Assembly (NCBI RefSeq): GCF_026210795.1
Contig: NC_089432.1
Coordinates: forward strand, 3,472,001 to 3,536,000
Direction of reading: 5' to 3'
DNA from: Rhizophagus irregularis
Taxonomy: Eukaryota
DNA: 64,000 nucleotides
In this document: in pieces, positions 62,963 through 64,000 of the stretch
Layout: every line of letters starts with the position of its first letter
Position numbering within the stretch: position 1 is the first letter of the stretch
Translations under genes and position numbers: made by a program
The notes under the pieces: model-generated
Seen by the model: the letters and a program-made list of their open reading frames with translations, nothing else
The model's database searches: none
What the model was told of the DNA's origin: nothing

Positions 62963-64000
62963 TTGGAATTTATTTTAACAAGTACATTTGTCCAATTAAA
63001 ATTTTGTCAGAAATGACTATAACTTTTTAGGCAATAGAAATGTGGAATTCGGATTACCAAATTTATTCTTAAAAGCTTTATATAAAAGCAGTTTTTGTAA
63101 AACGTGTTGCAAAACTATTGCATGCTTCTATTATTCCCATTTAAAAGTGAAACATTATTTAGCGAAGTTAGGAATTTTAAAGAAACTGCAAATCTTGTAG
63201 AATTTGTAAACAGAGACGCACACTGTACGTCTATGTATTGAAATGAGAAATTCAATCACTTAATTTATTACAATCATATTTGTAATATTTTTTCATATTA
63301 GGATTTAGGAAGCTAAAACAATATGTGATATCTTTCTATTATGAGTATTATCATCACGTATGTTCCAGTCAGGGGGCCTTCCTGATTTCAAATTGTTAAG
63401 TAAAATTTTTTGAATATTCACTAAACAAAATTGGGTTAAACATAATTTTTATTTTTAATGATTCCTATTATCCAATAATATCTTCACGTTTTATTATATA
63501 TTCAGATCGTATGATATAATGATTTGCTCGATCTTCTTATGATCACTTCCAAAATAGGTTAGTTACATGAAAATCTGTGAAAAAAAATGAGTAAAGTTCA
63601 GGTTTACCTTGTCCACGTGGATACCAGCTTTGAACGAAATTTCAACGTTCGATCATCCGCAACACTATATATTCATGATAGTCATGTGAAGTACACAAAT
63701 TTAATTGCTTACGATATCATCACATAAGCAAGGGAAAAACGTAACACCCGAAAAAAAAAAACTTTTCATAAATCTATAAAATTCCTTCGAAGTTTTTTTT
63801 TTCGTTTTATTAATGATGATGGAATTGAATTCATTAACAGTATTATCTATCGTTTCATTTTTCTTTGTGATTTATCTATCAATAATAAAATATGCATTTA
63901 TGAAATATAGTGTGAAAGGTTGTTCAAAAGGATATCCTACTAATATTTTTAATTATGATGTAAAAGAGAAAAAAGCGTAAGTTAATCATAATTAATACTT

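Noticed and set aside
1..64000. tRNA or rRNA genes
   Set aside because: No cloverleaf or conserved rRNA segments were recognised by eye; a covariance-model scan was not possible.

Overview
AT-rich, intron-containing eukaryotic DNA. The gene families present (BTB-BACK-TLD, tyrosine-kinase-like kinase, Crinkler/CRN, SAM, RING, F-box) suggest an arbuscular mycorrhizal fungus of the Rhizophagus type; this is inferred from family repertoire only. The window is a transposon-saturated accessory region. Only a BTB-BACK-TLD gene (2466-3989) and probably a CRN-trypsin protease gene (56067-57692) look intact. There are at least 12 DNA-transposon insertions whose ends and target-site duplications (TSDs) can be read, several confirmed by empty sites elsewhere in the window. 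They include two ~3 kb foldback elements (8-bp TSD) and hAT, MULE, pogo-like and CMC/CACTA-like elements. The most notable items are: (1) a ~4.2 kb element encoding a RAG1/Transib/Chapaev-like DDE transposase with a FYR-like N-terminus and a convergent zinc-finger partner gene; (2) a ~19 kb block of ~3 kb inverted arms enclosing two convergent CRN genes (nuclease and protease); (3) a TIR element carrying a micro-exon array; (4) a nested foldback family.
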